DNA of 64,000 nucleotides, from assembly GCA_003512955.1 (NCBI GenBank), contig DOTG01000028.1:122275-186274 (forward strand), read 5' to 3'. Below the pieces are notes generated by a model. The model did no database searches and was not told the origin of the DNA. It worked only from the letters and a program-made list of their open reading frames with translations. The position numbers were made by a program, and so were the translations under genes. Positions 1 to 10,313 of this stretch are shown here, piece by piece. This DNA comes from Marinilabiliales bacterium (GTDB lineage Bacteria > Bacteroidota > Bacteroidia > Bacteroidales > SZUA-534). Every line of letters starts with the position of its first letter. The first letter of the stretch is position 1.

Positions 1-2
1 GC

Positions 3-2378
3 AAGAACCCTGTCCTCTTATTAAAAACTGTAGCCGTAGATCGTTTAAATGAATTGACCAAAAATGTGGAATTTATTGCCAAATTAAATAAAGTACACGC
101 CGATTTTAAAGCCTATATGAATGAACCCAAACCTACTGATTTGCCACTGATTGCCTATTTCAGCATGGAATACGGACTCACCGATAATTTGAAAATCTAT
201 TCAGGCGGTTTGGGGATTCTTGCTGGCGACTATTTGAAAGAAGCCAGTGACTGTAACATTCCCATGGTTGGGGTCGGATTTTTATACAAATATGGTTACT
301 TTACCCAACATCTTACCGTATCGGGAGAACAGCAAGCTACCTTAATCCCGCAGAAATTTTCCGATCTTCCCATTCAGCCAATATATGACGAATTAAAGCA
401 ATTGGTGGTCATCGCTATCAACATGCCAGGCCGTTTGGTAAAAGCCCGCATCTGGAAGGTTATGGTAGGAAGGGTTCCTTTGTACCTGCTGGATACCGAC
501 CATGTCGAAAACTCACCCGAGGATCAAACCATATCCAATCAATTATATGGCGGTGATTGGGAAAATAGGCTAAAACAGGAAATGTTGCTTGGTTTGGGAG
601 GTATCCGTGCCATTAAAGAAATGAAAATTGAGCCAGAAGTTTTCCATTGCAACGAAGGACATGCCGCACTAATCAATGTTGAACGCCTTTCTAACTATAT
701 TCAACATGAGAACTTAACTTTCGATGAGGCACTGGAAGTAGTCCGGTCGTCCTCCTTATTTACCACGCACACTCCGGTTCCCGCCGGGCACGACGCTTTT
801 GACGAAGATTTAATCCGCACCTATTTGCGCCACATGCCCGAACGCCTTAAAATTGATTGGAATACGTTCCTCAATTTAGGTAGAGGAGCAGAAAACCAAT
901 CGGGTGAGAAATTCTCCATGAGTGTGCTGGCTACTAAAACATCTCAAGAGATGAACGGCGTTTCAAAGCTACACGGCGATGTATCGAAAGAAATGTTTCA
1001 ATACATGTGGAAAGGTTATGCACCCAATGAACTCCACATCGGATATGTTACCAATGGCGTGCATTACCCAACTTGGGCAGCAACTGCCTGGCAACGGTTG
1101 TATGAAGATGTGTTTGGACGTGAGTTCCTGAAAGATCAATCGAACCCGGCTTACTGGGAAAAAATATTCAATGTTAGCGACGATAAAATTTGGGAAATAC
1201 GTAATCATTTACGGAAACGGCTTATTGATTATGTGAAAGAACGTTACGAGGAAAGCTTTGTGCGCCGCCATGAAAATCCAAAATTGATTGTTGATATTTT
1301 GAATTCAGTCAATGAAAAGACGCTTACCATTGGGTTTGCCCGTAGATTTGCCACTTACAAGCGGGCACATTTAATTTTTAGCGACATTGATCGGTTGGCC
1401 CGGATTGTGAACCATCCCGAACGTCCCGTTCAATTTCTGTTTGCAGGAAAGGCCCACCCGAACGACAATGCCGGACAAGATTTAATCAAGCACATCATTG
1501 AAGTTTCACGGAAACCAGAGTTTGTAGGAAAAATTCTCTTTTTGGAAAATTACGATATAGAGCTTGCCAAACGATTGGTCCGTGGGGTCGATGTTTGGTT
1601 AAACAATCCCACCCGTCCGCTCGAAGCCAGCGGCACCAGCGGCCAAAAAGCCGAGATGAATGGAGTACTCAATTTCAGTGTACTTGATGGCTGGTGGGTT
1701 GAAGGCTATAAAGATAAGGCCGGTTGGGCATTGCCTGAAAAACAGACCTACGCGAACCACGATTTCCAGAATGAATTGGACGCAGCCACCATTTATAGCT
1801 TGCTGGAAAATGAAATTGTACCTTTATATTACGACCGTAATAAAAAAGATGTGCCTGTAGAATGGGTACAATACATCAAACGGTCAATTGCCCATATTGC
1901 TCCGCATTTCACTACCAAGCGGATGATTGATGATTATATCAACAAATATTACCGGAAATTACACGCCCGTTCAAAAAGGCTAAAGAGCGATAATTTTAAA
2001 GAAGCTATTGAAATAACCCGTTGGAAGTCGAAGGTTAGAGAATCATGGGATAAAATCGAGGTGGTTTCAATAGATTTTCCGAACACCATGAAAGCCGCAT
2101 TCAAGATGGGTGAGAATTACCATGGCGAAGTTGTCATCGACTTGAAAGAGCTCAACCATAAGGACATTGGCGTTGAGTTGGTATTCTCGCTTCATAATGG
2201 GCAGAAAATAATTGATGCCATTGAGCTCAAACTGGCCAAAAAAGTAGATTCGTTAGCCTTTTTCGAAATTGACTTTGAACTAAAAAAGCCCGGAACCTAT
2301 GACTACGGTATCCGTATTTTCCCAAAAAATACATTGCTACCACACCGTCAGGACTTTGCGTATTTACGCTGGATTTAA
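3..2378 (+). CDS. glgP: alpha-glucan (glycogen/maltodextrin) phosphorylase, GT35 family; 5' end cut by window edge
   Basis: The frame is open from nt 3 through the listed TTG at 54 with no stop, so the gene starts left of the window. PLP-lysine motif EASGTSGQKAEMNG, plus HCNEGHAA and FTTHTPVPAGHD motifs. Followed by a hairpin+T8 terminator. Confidence 0.9.
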   Translation, partial: KNPVLLLKTVAVDRLNELTKNVEFIAKLNKVHADFKAYMNEPKPTDLPLIAYFSMEYGLTDNLKIYSGGLGILAGDYLKEASDCNIPMVGVGFLYKYGYFTQHLTVSGEQQATLIPQKFSDLPIQPIYDELKQLVVIAINMPGRLVKARIWKVMVGRVPLYLLDTDHVENSPEDQTISNQLYGGDWENRLKQEMLLGLGGIRAIKEMKIEPEVFHCNEGHAALINVERLSNYIQHENLTFDEALEVVRSSSLFTTHTPVPAGHDAFDEDLIRTYLRHMPERLKIDWNTFLNLGRGAENQSGEKFSMSVLATKTSQEMNGVSKLHGDVSKEMFQYMWKGYAPNELHIGYVTNGVHYPTWAATAWQRLYEDVFGREFLKDQSNPAYWEKIFNVSDDKIWEIRNHLRKRLIDYVKERYEESFVRRHENPKLIVDILNSVNEKTLTIGFARRFATYKRAHLIFSDIDRLARIVNHPERPVQFLFAGKAHPNDNAGQDLIKHIIEVSRKPEFVGKILFLENYDIELAKRLVRGVDVWLNNPTRPLEASGTSGQKAEMNGVLNFSVLDGWWVEGYKDKAGWALPEKQTYANHDFQNELDAATIYSLLENEIVPLYYDRNKKDVPVEWVQYIKRSIAHIAPHFTTKRMIDDYINKYYRKLHARSKRLKSDNFKEAIEITRWKSKVRESWDKIEVVSIDFPNTMKAAFKMGENYHGEVVIDLKELNHKDIGVELVFSLHNGQKIIDAIELKLAKKVDSLAFFEIDFELKKPGTYDYGIRIFPKNTLLPHRQDFAYLRWI

Positions 2379-2403
2379 AGTCTGATCCATAATACATCAA
2401 GAA

Positions 2404-2437
2404 ACTGCCAAACAGGAGATGTTGGGCAGTTTTTTTT
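2404..2437 (+). terminator. rho-independent terminator after glgP
   Basis: Stem ACTGCCAAAC (2404-2413) / GTTGGGCAGT (2421-2430) with one mismatch and a 7-nt loop, followed by T8. Confidence 0.8.
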
Positions 2438-2600
2438 GAATATTTTATTCATTAAAAACTGTTCATTTTAAATTGATTAACAGAAAACATCCCAAAATAT
2501 CAGGTCTGAATTAGGAGCCAAATAAATTGAACAACTTGCAAAAGTTATTTTAACTTCTAAATTTGTGCTATAAACTACTATTAAAAAAATAGGGGAAAGC

Positions 2601-4646
2601 ATGGATCAATTACATATCAACTTTCGTCAAATCGAAAAGTTGGTAAACCTCGGGTATTGGGAGTGGTATCCCGATTCAAATAAGTTAATACTTTCTGAAG
2701 GTTTTAAATCGCTATTAGGGGTTCAACACGATATAAACCAACCCGGCCAATTTATACGTTTCCTTAAACAGACTATTGAAATTGAACACATTACTGAACT
2801 TTTGCGATTATTAAAAAAGGTCAAGCAAGGGGCAAATCCCGAAATGTCAGTAATTCCCATGGCTACCACTCCTACTCAAACCAAATACTTCGAAATCCAT
2901 ACCCTTTGCACCAAACAGGAAGGTTCGTTTTGCATCTCGGGAACCATTCAGGATGTTTCAGAAAGAACTAAATACAATATATTAAAGGAAAAAGAGGCCC
3001 GGTTTGAACGTAAAATAGCCGAAATTGCTGCCCGCTTTGTAAATGAAGAAGATTTTAAACATGCTGTTACCACCACCCTTTCCGAAATTGGCGAGCTTTG
3101 TATGGCAGGCATTGTGGCGCTTTTCCGAATCGAAAACAATTCAATAAAACTGGAGTTTATCTGGAACCCGCCCTATTCGCCAAACATGTCACTTAATTTG
3201 AACCAAGTCCCACCATCGGAATCAAACTACCTGATTGAGATGATAAAAGAACAAAAAGTAGCCTTTTACCACCAATTAGAAGACTTTCCGGGGATAGCTA
3301 CCGAAACCAGGAGACTCTTGATGGAAATGAAATGCTCATCACTTTTAATTTCAGGCATTCAGAACCATAAACAAACTGTTGGGGCACTGGTGGTTTTCAG
3401 GTTTATTAAAGGAATAAAATGGGACTTCTCCGATATCCACATGGTAAAAATGGCCAGTATCTTACTTAGCAATTCCATCCGCCAAAAGATTATTTACAAA
3501 CAGCTCCGCCAGAGCGAGAACCGCCTGCAATTCGCTTTAATGGCCGGTAGTCTTGGTACTTGGGAGCTTGATTTATATAAGCAAAGTTATTTTTACGATG
3601 AACGGTTTGCCAATATTTTTGGATACTCGAACAACACGCTGAACCGGTTGCCTGAATGGTTCAAAAATAACCTGCATCCTAATGATACATCAAACTATTA
3701 TAAAATCCTTGACGAATGTTTAGAAGGGACTAAAAAGTTCTATGAACTTGAATACCGCGTAAAATGCAAAGATGGGACTTACAAATGGATCAGTGATTGG
3801 AGCATTGTAACCTTAACCGACAATGAAGGTAAACCCATGAAAATGGTGGGTATTATTCAGGATATTTCTAGAAAAAAAGAATCCGAAGTGGAGTTGGTGA
3901 AGGCTAAAGAAAAAGCCGAAGAAAGTGAAAAACTCAAAACCGCTTTCTTAGCCAATATGAGCCATGAGATACGAACACCTATGAACGGTATCACCGGATT
4001 TGCCGAATTGCTTTACCACAACATGGTATCCGATAATGAAAAACACAAATACCTTGAGATCATCTGGAAAAGCAGTAACCGGTTACTATCACTAATAAAC
4101 AACATCCTGGACATCTCAAAACTTGAGACCAAGCAATTAAGCCTATACTATAGGGAGTGTTCCATTAATGAAATATTGCAGGATATTGAAATACATTTTG
4201 CACAACAAATCCATGACAACCAACAAATTGATTTTAAAATTGTTAAACAACCCGATGCCCAGGCAAACTTTGTTAAAACAGACGAATCGAGGTTAAAACA
4301 AATACTTTTGAACCTTATCAGCAACTCCTTTAAATTCTGTTCCAAAGGGTTCATCGAAATAGGTTATCGCATCAATGAAGAATTAGAGCTTGAATTTTAT
4401 GTAAAGGATTCAGGTCCGGGAATACCCGATGAATTTCAAAAATATCTTTTTGAACGGTTTGCTCAAAGTGAAAAGACCATAGATTTAAACAAAGGTGGAA
4501 CAGGATTGGGTTTGCCAATATCGAAAGGACTGATTGAATTAATGGGCGGAAAAATATGGGTGCGTTCAAATAAAGCCATTGGTACCACTTTTTATTTTAC
4601 CCTTCCCTATCAGCCCACACGAATGAATATTGAAAACTTATATTGA
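2601..4646 (+). CDS. cytoplasmic sensor histidine kinase (PAS/GAF-like sensor modules, HisKA, HATPase)
   Basis: H-box FLANMSHEIRTPMNGITGF. N box LLNLISNSFKF. G boxes DSGPGIP and GGTGLGLPISK. No obvious TM segment. PAS-like segments (YWEWYP..., GTWELDL...YRVKCKDGTYKWI). Confidence 0.85.
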   Translation: MDQLHINFRQIEKLVNLGYWEWYPDSNKLILSEGFKSLLGVQHDINQPGQFIRFLKQTIEIEHITELLRLLKKVKQGANPEMSVIPMATTPTQTKYFEIHTLCTKQEGSFCISGTIQDVSERTKYNILKEKEARFERKIAEIAARFVNEEDFKHAVTTTLSEIGELCMAGIVALFRIENNSIKLEFIWNPPYSPNMSLNLNQVPPSESNYLIEMIKEQKVAFYHQLEDFPGIATETRRLLMEMKCSSLLISGIQNHKQTVGALVVFRFIKGIKWDFSDIHMVKMASILLSNSIRQKIIYKQLRQSENRLQFALMAGSLGTWELDLYKQSYFYDERFANIFGYSNNTLNRLPEWFKNNLHPNDTSNYYKILDECLEGTKKFYELEYRVKCKDGTYKWISDWSIVTLTDNEGKPMKMVGIIQDISRKKESEVELVKAKEKAEESEKLKTAFLANMSHEIRTPMNGITGFAELLYHNMVSDNEKHKYLEIIWKSSNRLLSLINNILDISKLETKQLSLYYRECSINEILQDIEIHFAQQIHDNQQIDFKIVKQPDAQANFVKTDESRLKQILLNLISNSFKFCSKGFIEIGYRINEELELEFYVKDSGPGIPDEFQKYLFERFAQSEKTIDLNKGGTGLGLPISKGLIELMGGKIWVRSNKAIGTTFYFTLPYQPTRMNIENLY

Positions 4647-4794
4647 ATCTGTTATCAATTGAGGATCAAGATTAAGAAGTTTAACTTTTCATACATTTGG
4701 AGAATATTTCTAACAAATCGTCAAAAAAAAGAGAGTCAATGTACTTTTTAGTTACTTTTTTGATTCTATTTGTATTCAAAGTAAAACAAGTGAA

Positions 4795-7116
4795 ATGATG
4801 AAGGGTGATCTAAAAAAAGATTTTTGGGAAATTACCTGGGAAGCTTTTAAAGTGCTGGATGACTGCTTTCTGTTATTTGACCAATCTTTGGAGTTGATTG
4901 ATTATAATGCAGGTTTAAGTGAATTTGAACAGGCAATAACCACCTCAGAAAATAAATCTTTCAATTCTATTTCGAATATACTTTCTGCCAATTACATTCT
5001 TAAAGAGATAAAAAACGCCCATTTAGCCGAGGCCGGTTATAAGGTCTTCAGAGGTGAATCCATTCGCAAAAAAATAAATGCTTTGGGCACTCCACTTGAA
5101 TCTGAAATTGACAATACCCAAATACTCGATAGCATGTCGGATGGATCGGTTTTGATTGATACCGGTTTTAAAATTAAATATGCCAATAAAAAATTTAAAG
5201 AACAATACCCTAAGTACATTGAAAACCAGAAGGACCAGCTCTGTTACAAGGTTATTCATAACATGGATAATCCGTGCATGAACTGTTCCATTGACATTAT
5301 CAAAAAGACCCGGCAATTGCACCGGACTGTCCGTTCGGTAAAAAACGGCCCCAGCATTTTAACCATGACCTACCCGGTTTATGATAAAAACAATCAGTTA
5401 GCTGGTGCAGTTATTACTTATCGTGATATTTCAGAAAGTAAAAATATTGAAAAAGCACTTAAAAAAGAGGCTTCCATCAACAGGGTTATTGCTGAAATTG
5501 CCCAAAACATCCTTCTGCCAGAACTATCTGAAGAAAATATTGCCAAACGGATTTTACTCACTTCGCTATCTATTACAAAGAGTTCAACAGGGTTTGTTTC
5601 AGCAGCAAACAACGAAACAAAAAACCTGGAATGGAAGGCTTTTGAAAACTATTCTTTAAAAACCCAATATAAAGGCATGGAGCCTTGCCATAAAAGCGAT
5701 AATGTTCCTTGCATCAATAACTTTATTAAGGCTAAAAAAGTCCCATTCTTATCGAATCATCTGAAAAGCTTTTTGAAAGAGAACCAGATTCTGGAATGTA
5801 CCATGACCCGGGAGAATTGCTTAATGGTACCCGCAATTTTTAACAACGAATTAATTGGCCAGATTTATGTCTCTGGAAGCGATCGCCCTTATAATGAAAC
5901 AGATATTGAGGTACTAAAACAACTGTCGAGTCTTTATGCATTAAGTATTTACCGTCGGAATTCAGAAATTGACCTCATCAATGCCAAAGAAGAGGCAGAA
6001 GAGAACAACAAATTGAAATCGGCATTCTTGGCAAATATGTCGCATGAAATACGTACACCCATGAATTCCATAAACGGGTTTAGCGAGTTGCTGCAAAATA
6101 CCACCCAACCGCCTGATAAACAAAGGTATTATCTGGACATGATTTACAAATCGAGCAACCAGCTGCTAAAAATCATCAATAATATTCTGGATATTTCAAA
6201 ACTAGAAGTGGGTCAAGCTAAAGTGACTGAGAAAGAGTACGATATCAATCAAATAATTATTGAATCGTTGCATACCATTGCCCCCGACTTTAATACAAAC
6301 GATGAGGTAGAAATTAAAACCCTGCTCCCGCTTCAGGGGTCAGAATCATATGTATTATGTGATGGTTCAAGACTACAACAGATTTTGACCAATCTGATCC
6401 AAAATGCGCTAAAATTTACCAGTTACGGAATCATTGAAATTGGATACCAATTAAACGAAAAATTCATTCAGTTCCATGTAAAAGATACGGGGATTGGAAT
6501 TGCCCCCGAAAAGCACCACCTGGTCTTTGAAAGGTTTGGGCAAGCCGAGGAAGGATATTCTCGGAATTTTGAAGGAGCCGGCCTGGGATTGTCTATTTGC
6601 AAAGGGTTTGTTGAACTTATGGGTGGAAATATCTGGTTCGATTCCAAACCAAATATTGGTTCGTCGTTCTATTTTACCATTCCCTACAAGCCAACTCAGG
6701 CACCTGTAGTATCGGTAGCCCCTTCAGTTGAGCCAACAATTTTCAATTGGAAAAACAAAAAAATATTACTGGTTGAAGATGAATCGTTCAGCCAAAGCTA
6801 TATTGAAACCATTATCCTACCTTTTGGAGTTAAAATAATTTATGCCGGAGATGGTTTTGAGGCACTGAACCAAGTCAGGCTAAACCCTGATATTGATTTA
6901 ATTTTAATGGACATCAGGCTGCCACGCCTCGATGGCATTGAAGCTACAAAGAAAATACGGTTACTTGGTTTTACCAAGCCAATTATTGCCCAAACAGCAA
7001 ATGCATTAAATGAAGACAAAAAAACCTGTTTAAAAGCCGGATGCTCCAATTTTATAGCCAAACCTATCAATCGGATTGAATTTACCAAGCTTCTCAACGA
7101 ATATTTGGGCCAATAA
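4795..7116 (+). CDS. hybrid sensor histidine kinase/response regulator (PAS, GAF-like, HisKA, HATPase, REC)
   Basis: H-box FLANMSHEIRTPMNSINGF. HATPase motifs DTGIGI and GAGLGLSICK. Canonical receiver at the C-terminus (ILLVEDE, DLILMDIRLPRLDG, AQTA, AKPI). Paralog of the upstream kinase. Confidence 0.85.
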   Translation: MMKGDLKKDFWEITWEAFKVLDDCFLLFDQSLELIDYNAGLSEFEQAITTSENKSFNSISNILSANYILKEIKNAHLAEAGYKVFRGESIRKKINALGTPLESEIDNTQILDSMSDGSVLIDTGFKIKYANKKFKEQYPKYIENQKDQLCYKVIHNMDNPCMNCSIDIIKKTRQLHRTVRSVKNGPSILTMTYPVYDKNNQLAGAVITYRDISESKNIEKALKKEASINRVIAEIAQNILLPELSEENIAKRILLTSLSITKSSTGFVSAANNETKNLEWKAFENYSLKTQYKGMEPCHKSDNVPCINNFIKAKKVPFLSNHLKSFLKENQILECTMTRENCLMVPAIFNNELIGQIYVSGSDRPYNETDIEVLKQLSSLYALSIYRRNSEIDLINAKEEAEENNKLKSAFLANMSHEIRTPMNSINGFSELLQNTTQPPDKQRYYLDMIYKSSNQLLKIINNILDISKLEVGQAKVTEKEYDINQIIIESLHTIAPDFNTNDEVEIKTLLPLQGSESYVLCDGSRLQQILTNLIQNALKFTSYGIIEIGYQLNEKFIQFHVKDTGIGIAPEKHHLVFERFGQAEEGYSRNFEGAGLGLSICKGFVELMGGNIWFDSKPNIGSSFYFTIPYKPTQAPVVSVAPSVEPTIFNWKNKKILLVEDESFSQSYIETIILPFGVKIIYAGDGFEALNQVRLNPDIDLILMDIRLPRLDGIEATKKIRLLGFTKPIIAQTANALNEDKKTCLKAGCSNFIAKPINRIEFTKLLNEYLGQ

Positions 7117-7118
7117 AA

Positions 7119-7146
7119 AATCCTGTGAAAATACTTCCACAGGATT
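7119..7146. terminator. hairpin between convergent kinase and OMP genes
   Basis: AATCCTGTG (7119-7127) / CACAGGATT (7138-7146). The A-run on its left reads as a T-run on the minus strand, so it fits best as the terminator of the minus-strand OMP gene. Confidence 0.6.
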
Positions 7147-7168
7147 CCATCTAACAATCAACCATGAA

Positions 7169-8611
7169 TTAAAACCTAAAACCAACTGCGGCTATGTATT
7201 TCGATTTGAATTTTTCAAGGTCGGCCCCGCTCCCTTCCCAGTTGTACATAAAATATCTTTCATTTTGGGCTGTATATTGATAAGCCAAATCAACATACAG
7301 GTTCTCTCCCGTTAAGCCAATCCCGCCCGAATATATCATTTTATATGCATCGTGGTTGCTGGCAAACGGTTTGAATGGGCTTCCATAATACTGAAATCCT
7401 CCTCTTACACTTAAAATTCCAAAACGCAGCTCCCCTCCTAACCTTACATTATGTGTACCTTGGTACAAGCTATCAATCATGTTGTTTTCCGAATTAAAAG
7501 AATGATCCGATGAACTGAGGCTCATGCTCGAATAACTGATATATTCATATTCGGCCGAAACAGTCCCATACTTACCAATAACTACCGCAGCACTACCCAT
7601 CAACCTTAATGGGGAAGCATATTCCCAGTTAAAATATCCCAAAGGGGACTCTCCCATATTGTTTGAAATTTCCCCATCCTCATATCTAATGCGGGCATTT
7701 ACATTGGTCCAAAAATCATCCCTGAAATTGTAAATAGTTGGTGTATGAAAAGCTCCTCCCAAACGGATCATTTGGTTTATTTTATAGATGAAACCTACCT
7801 TTAGGTTTAATCCATTCCCTCTTGTTTTCAGATAATTATCCGATGTTAAAGATTGTAATGCAATGTCGTCAATTGGATTCTCGGAATGAATAATTTCCTG
7901 TTCATACCGAATCCGTTGAAATCCTACCGTAGCACCAAAGAACCATTGATCTTCATAGTTGGCTGCAAATGTAAAGTCATATTCACCGGCATACCCTGAA
8001 CTTGAGAACTGATGTTCCTGTTCATTCTCATAACTATCATTATCTTGATAATCATTTACATAATGATTGCTGGTGGAATCGAAAAAAATGGCATCAGCTA
8101 AATAATAGGCATTGTCATTCCTGCTTTGTCCTTGATTTATTTGAAGTGTTTCATAATGCAAGATGGAACCAATGGGGTTTACTCCATGAATGGAAACCTT
8201 CGATTGATAATCCATTAACTGGTTATAGCCAAACCCAAAGTTAACATATTTCCAAGGTGAGGATTCCAAACCCTTCATAACTCCAACATAACCAATATTT
8301 GAAGGTTTAAAATCAACATCTGTTGCCGTACTTTTTGAGCCAATATAATCAGAAGAAACTTTTTGAGAATTCCAGGCCATGGAAAAAACCATATCGCCCC
8401 GACGGTAAACTCCGATACCCGCAGGATTTGAGGCCATAACAGAAACATCGCCTCCCAATGCCCCAAAGGCTCCACCCATGGATACAAAACGGGCAGTACC
8501 CACTGGCTCAAATTGAGAATACCTTAAAGCATCTACTTCGTTTTGCGAACTGGCTATCCCAATTTGCAACACTAAGATTATTGATATATAAATGTGTCTC
8601 ATAAGTGTCAA
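7169..8611 (-). CDS. outer-membrane beta-barrel protein, FadL/OmpP1-like
   Basis: Signal peptide. N-terminal motif ALRYSQ...GTARFVSMGGAFGALGGD...NPAG as seen in FadL/TodX-type barrels. Alternating aromatic/Gly strands. C-terminal AAVGFRF ending in Phe. Confidence 0.7.
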   Translation of the reverse strand: MTLMRHIYISIILVLQIGIASSQNEVDALRYSQFEPVGTARFVSMGGAFGALGGDVSVMASNPAGIGVYRRGDMVFSMAWNSQKVSSDYIGSKSTATDVDFKPSNIGYVGVMKGLESSPWKYVNFGFGYNQLMDYQSKVSIHGVNPIGSILHYETLQINQGQSRNDNAYYLADAIFFDSTSNHYVNDYQDNDSYENEQEHQFSSSGYAGEYDFTFAANYEDQWFFGATVGFQRIRYEQEIIHSENPIDDIALQSLTSDNYLKTRGNGLNLKVGFIYKINQMIRLGGAFHTPTIYNFRDDFWTNVNARIRYEDGEISNNMGESPLGYFNWEYASPLRLMGSAAVVIGKYGTVSAEYEYISYSSMSLSSSDHSFNSENNMIDSLYQGTHNVRLGGELRFGILSVRGGFQYYGSPFKPFASNHDAYKMIYSGGIGLTGENLYVDLAYQYTAQNERYFMYNWEGSGADLEKFKSKYIAAVGFRF

Positions 8612-8717
8612 AGTTTTAAATTTGTGAGGTTCAGAAATTAATCCGTCTATCAGTAGTTAAACCAAACATTTCCGGTAAACAATTTTCAGTTATAAAACAA
8701 AATCCTAGCTTCCTGAC

Positions 8718-10223
8718 TTATCTTTTTTTACCACCCGAACCGGAAGAACTACCTGAGGAACCAGAACTTCTGGAAGTACCTGAGGACGATGATCCGCTGG
8801 AACGTGGTGCAGAATAGCTAGAACCTGATGAACTCCCACTTGACCTTGGAGCCGAGTAACTAGAACCTGATGAACTGCTACTTGAACGTGTTGTTGAGCT
8901 ACCCGAACCTGACGAACGGTTGCTGGAACTACCCGATGAACTGTTGGTTCTAGGTGCTGAGTAACTGCTTCCCGATGAGTTACTTGGACTTCGGGGCGTG
9001 GTTGTGGTACTTGATGAACTATTCCCGCTACGGGAAGGAGCCGATGTTGATGAATTATTTCTAGAGTTATTATAAGTAGGCGTCGATGAGGAATTGGTAC
9101 TTTGCGGACGGGTGTAGCTTGAATTAGAATTTCTAGTTGTTGAACTGTTATTCCCACTTAATGTAGTATTTCCTGTGTTAGTCCGGGTGTTATATCCTGA
9201 GTTATTATAAGTTTGTGTTGATGATGACCTCGGACGGCTGTAGCTTGGGGTGTAACCGGAACGTGTTCTCCCGGAACTTAACTCTTTCGACGATTGAGAT
9301 TTCGTTCGGGTAAAGCTAGGAGTTGAACCTGCCGAACCTTTATTTCCTGTACTTGAAGTAGTTCTTGTAGTTGAAATAACCTTTCCACCATTGCTAGTTG
9401 AACCCTGATTTGATAATCGGTCAGAAAGATTTGTATTTAATTTCTCAGCACTTGAACTTCCAAAACTGGAATTTGTCCCATTTAATCCATTGCCACTTAA
9501 AGTTGTTTCTCCACTTTCAGAAGCACTTCCCGATGAATTCGCTGCTTTACGGCCATTACCTCCATTCATATTTGTATTGGAACTTTCATTGTTGATGGTG
9601 CCATTTCCACGGTGCCCATAAACAATCCCGCGGTCCTCATTGTCTTGGTCATAATAAGGCCATCCACAATACCCATCATAATAACCATAATAAGGAGAAT
9701 GCCAATAAAAATGATCGTAATACCACGGATAATACCAATAATAGGGATAATACCAACTATAAAAAGGATCGAACCATGGATTATAACCCCAATAAGGGTA
9801 ACCATAATACGGGTACCCATAATAGTAAGGATATCCGTAACCTATATTAAAACCCCAACCTGCTCCAAAAGGAGAGAAACCAAAATTCATACTTACCTGC
9901 CAATCATTATCCACAACTTCCTCTTCCTCATAATATTCACCCTCATATTCATCGTCATGAAATTTACGTAACCGATCAGCATATTCTGAATAATCACCAT
10001 TCAGGTTTTCGCCTTCAGGTAAAGTGTCCATGTACAAGCTGTCTTTTGGTTGATTCCGTTTTTCAACTTTAGCTTGCTTGTTCCCTACTGGTTCTTGGTC
10101 TGTATCCGGGTTAAAATAAACATCGTTGGTGTATCCCGGAGATAAAGTAACGCACGAATTCAAAAACAATGAACCTGTTGAACAAATTAATAATATGGGT
10201 AGGAAATTTTTCATAATCGGCAA
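8718..10223 (-). CDS. low-complexity lipoprotein (Tyr/Trp/Pro-rich block plus Ser/Thr/Asn/Gly/Arg-rich repeat tail)
   Basis: Lipobox LFLNSC. 501-aa ORF. Strong composition bias, with the repeat GSSYSAPR x3. Co-directional with and 106 bp upstream of the OMP gene. ORFs in other frames here are repeat artefacts. Confidence 0.7.
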   Translation of the reverse strand: MPIMKNFLPILLICSTGSLFLNSCVTLSPGYTNDVYFNPDTDQEPVGNKQAKVEKRNQPKDSLYMDTLPEGENLNGDYSEYADRLRKFHDDEYEGEYYEEEEVVDNDWQVSMNFGFSPFGAGWGFNIGYGYPYYYGYPYYGYPYWGYNPWFDPFYSWYYPYYWYYPWYYDHFYWHSPYYGYYDGYCGWPYYDQDNEDRGIVYGHRGNGTINNESSNTNMNGGNGRKAANSSGSASESGETTLSGNGLNGTNSSFGSSSAEKLNTNLSDRLSNQGSTSNGGKVISTTRTTSSTGNKGSAGSTPSFTRTKSQSSKELSSGRTRSGYTPSYSRPRSSSTQTYNNSGYNTRTNTGNTTLSGNNSSTTRNSNSSYTRPQSTNSSSTPTYNNSRNNSSTSAPSRSGNSSSSTTTTPRSPSNSSGSSYSAPRTNSSSGSSSNRSSGSGSSTTRSSSSSSGSSYSAPRSSGSSSGSSYSAPRSSGSSSSGTSRSSGSSGSSSGSGGKKR

Positions 10224-10313
10224 CTTGTTAAAGTTTTTAAATATAAATATTATGATTTACTTTGCAGCCAAATCAACGGTTTAATTAAGACAAATACTAT
10301 ACCAAACTGAATT

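Noticed and set aside
6840-7315. ORFs 6840..7157 (-) and 7076..7315 (+) spanning the kinase/OMP junction
   Set aside because: Each is antisense to a well-supported gene and crosses the intergenic terminator hairpin.
8705-9971. Alternative-frame ORFs 8705..9157, 9566..9820 and 9612..9971
   Set aside because: The repetitive low-complexity DNA of the 8718..10223 gene keeps other frames open. Only the 501-aa frame has a lipoprotein signal and runs the full length.
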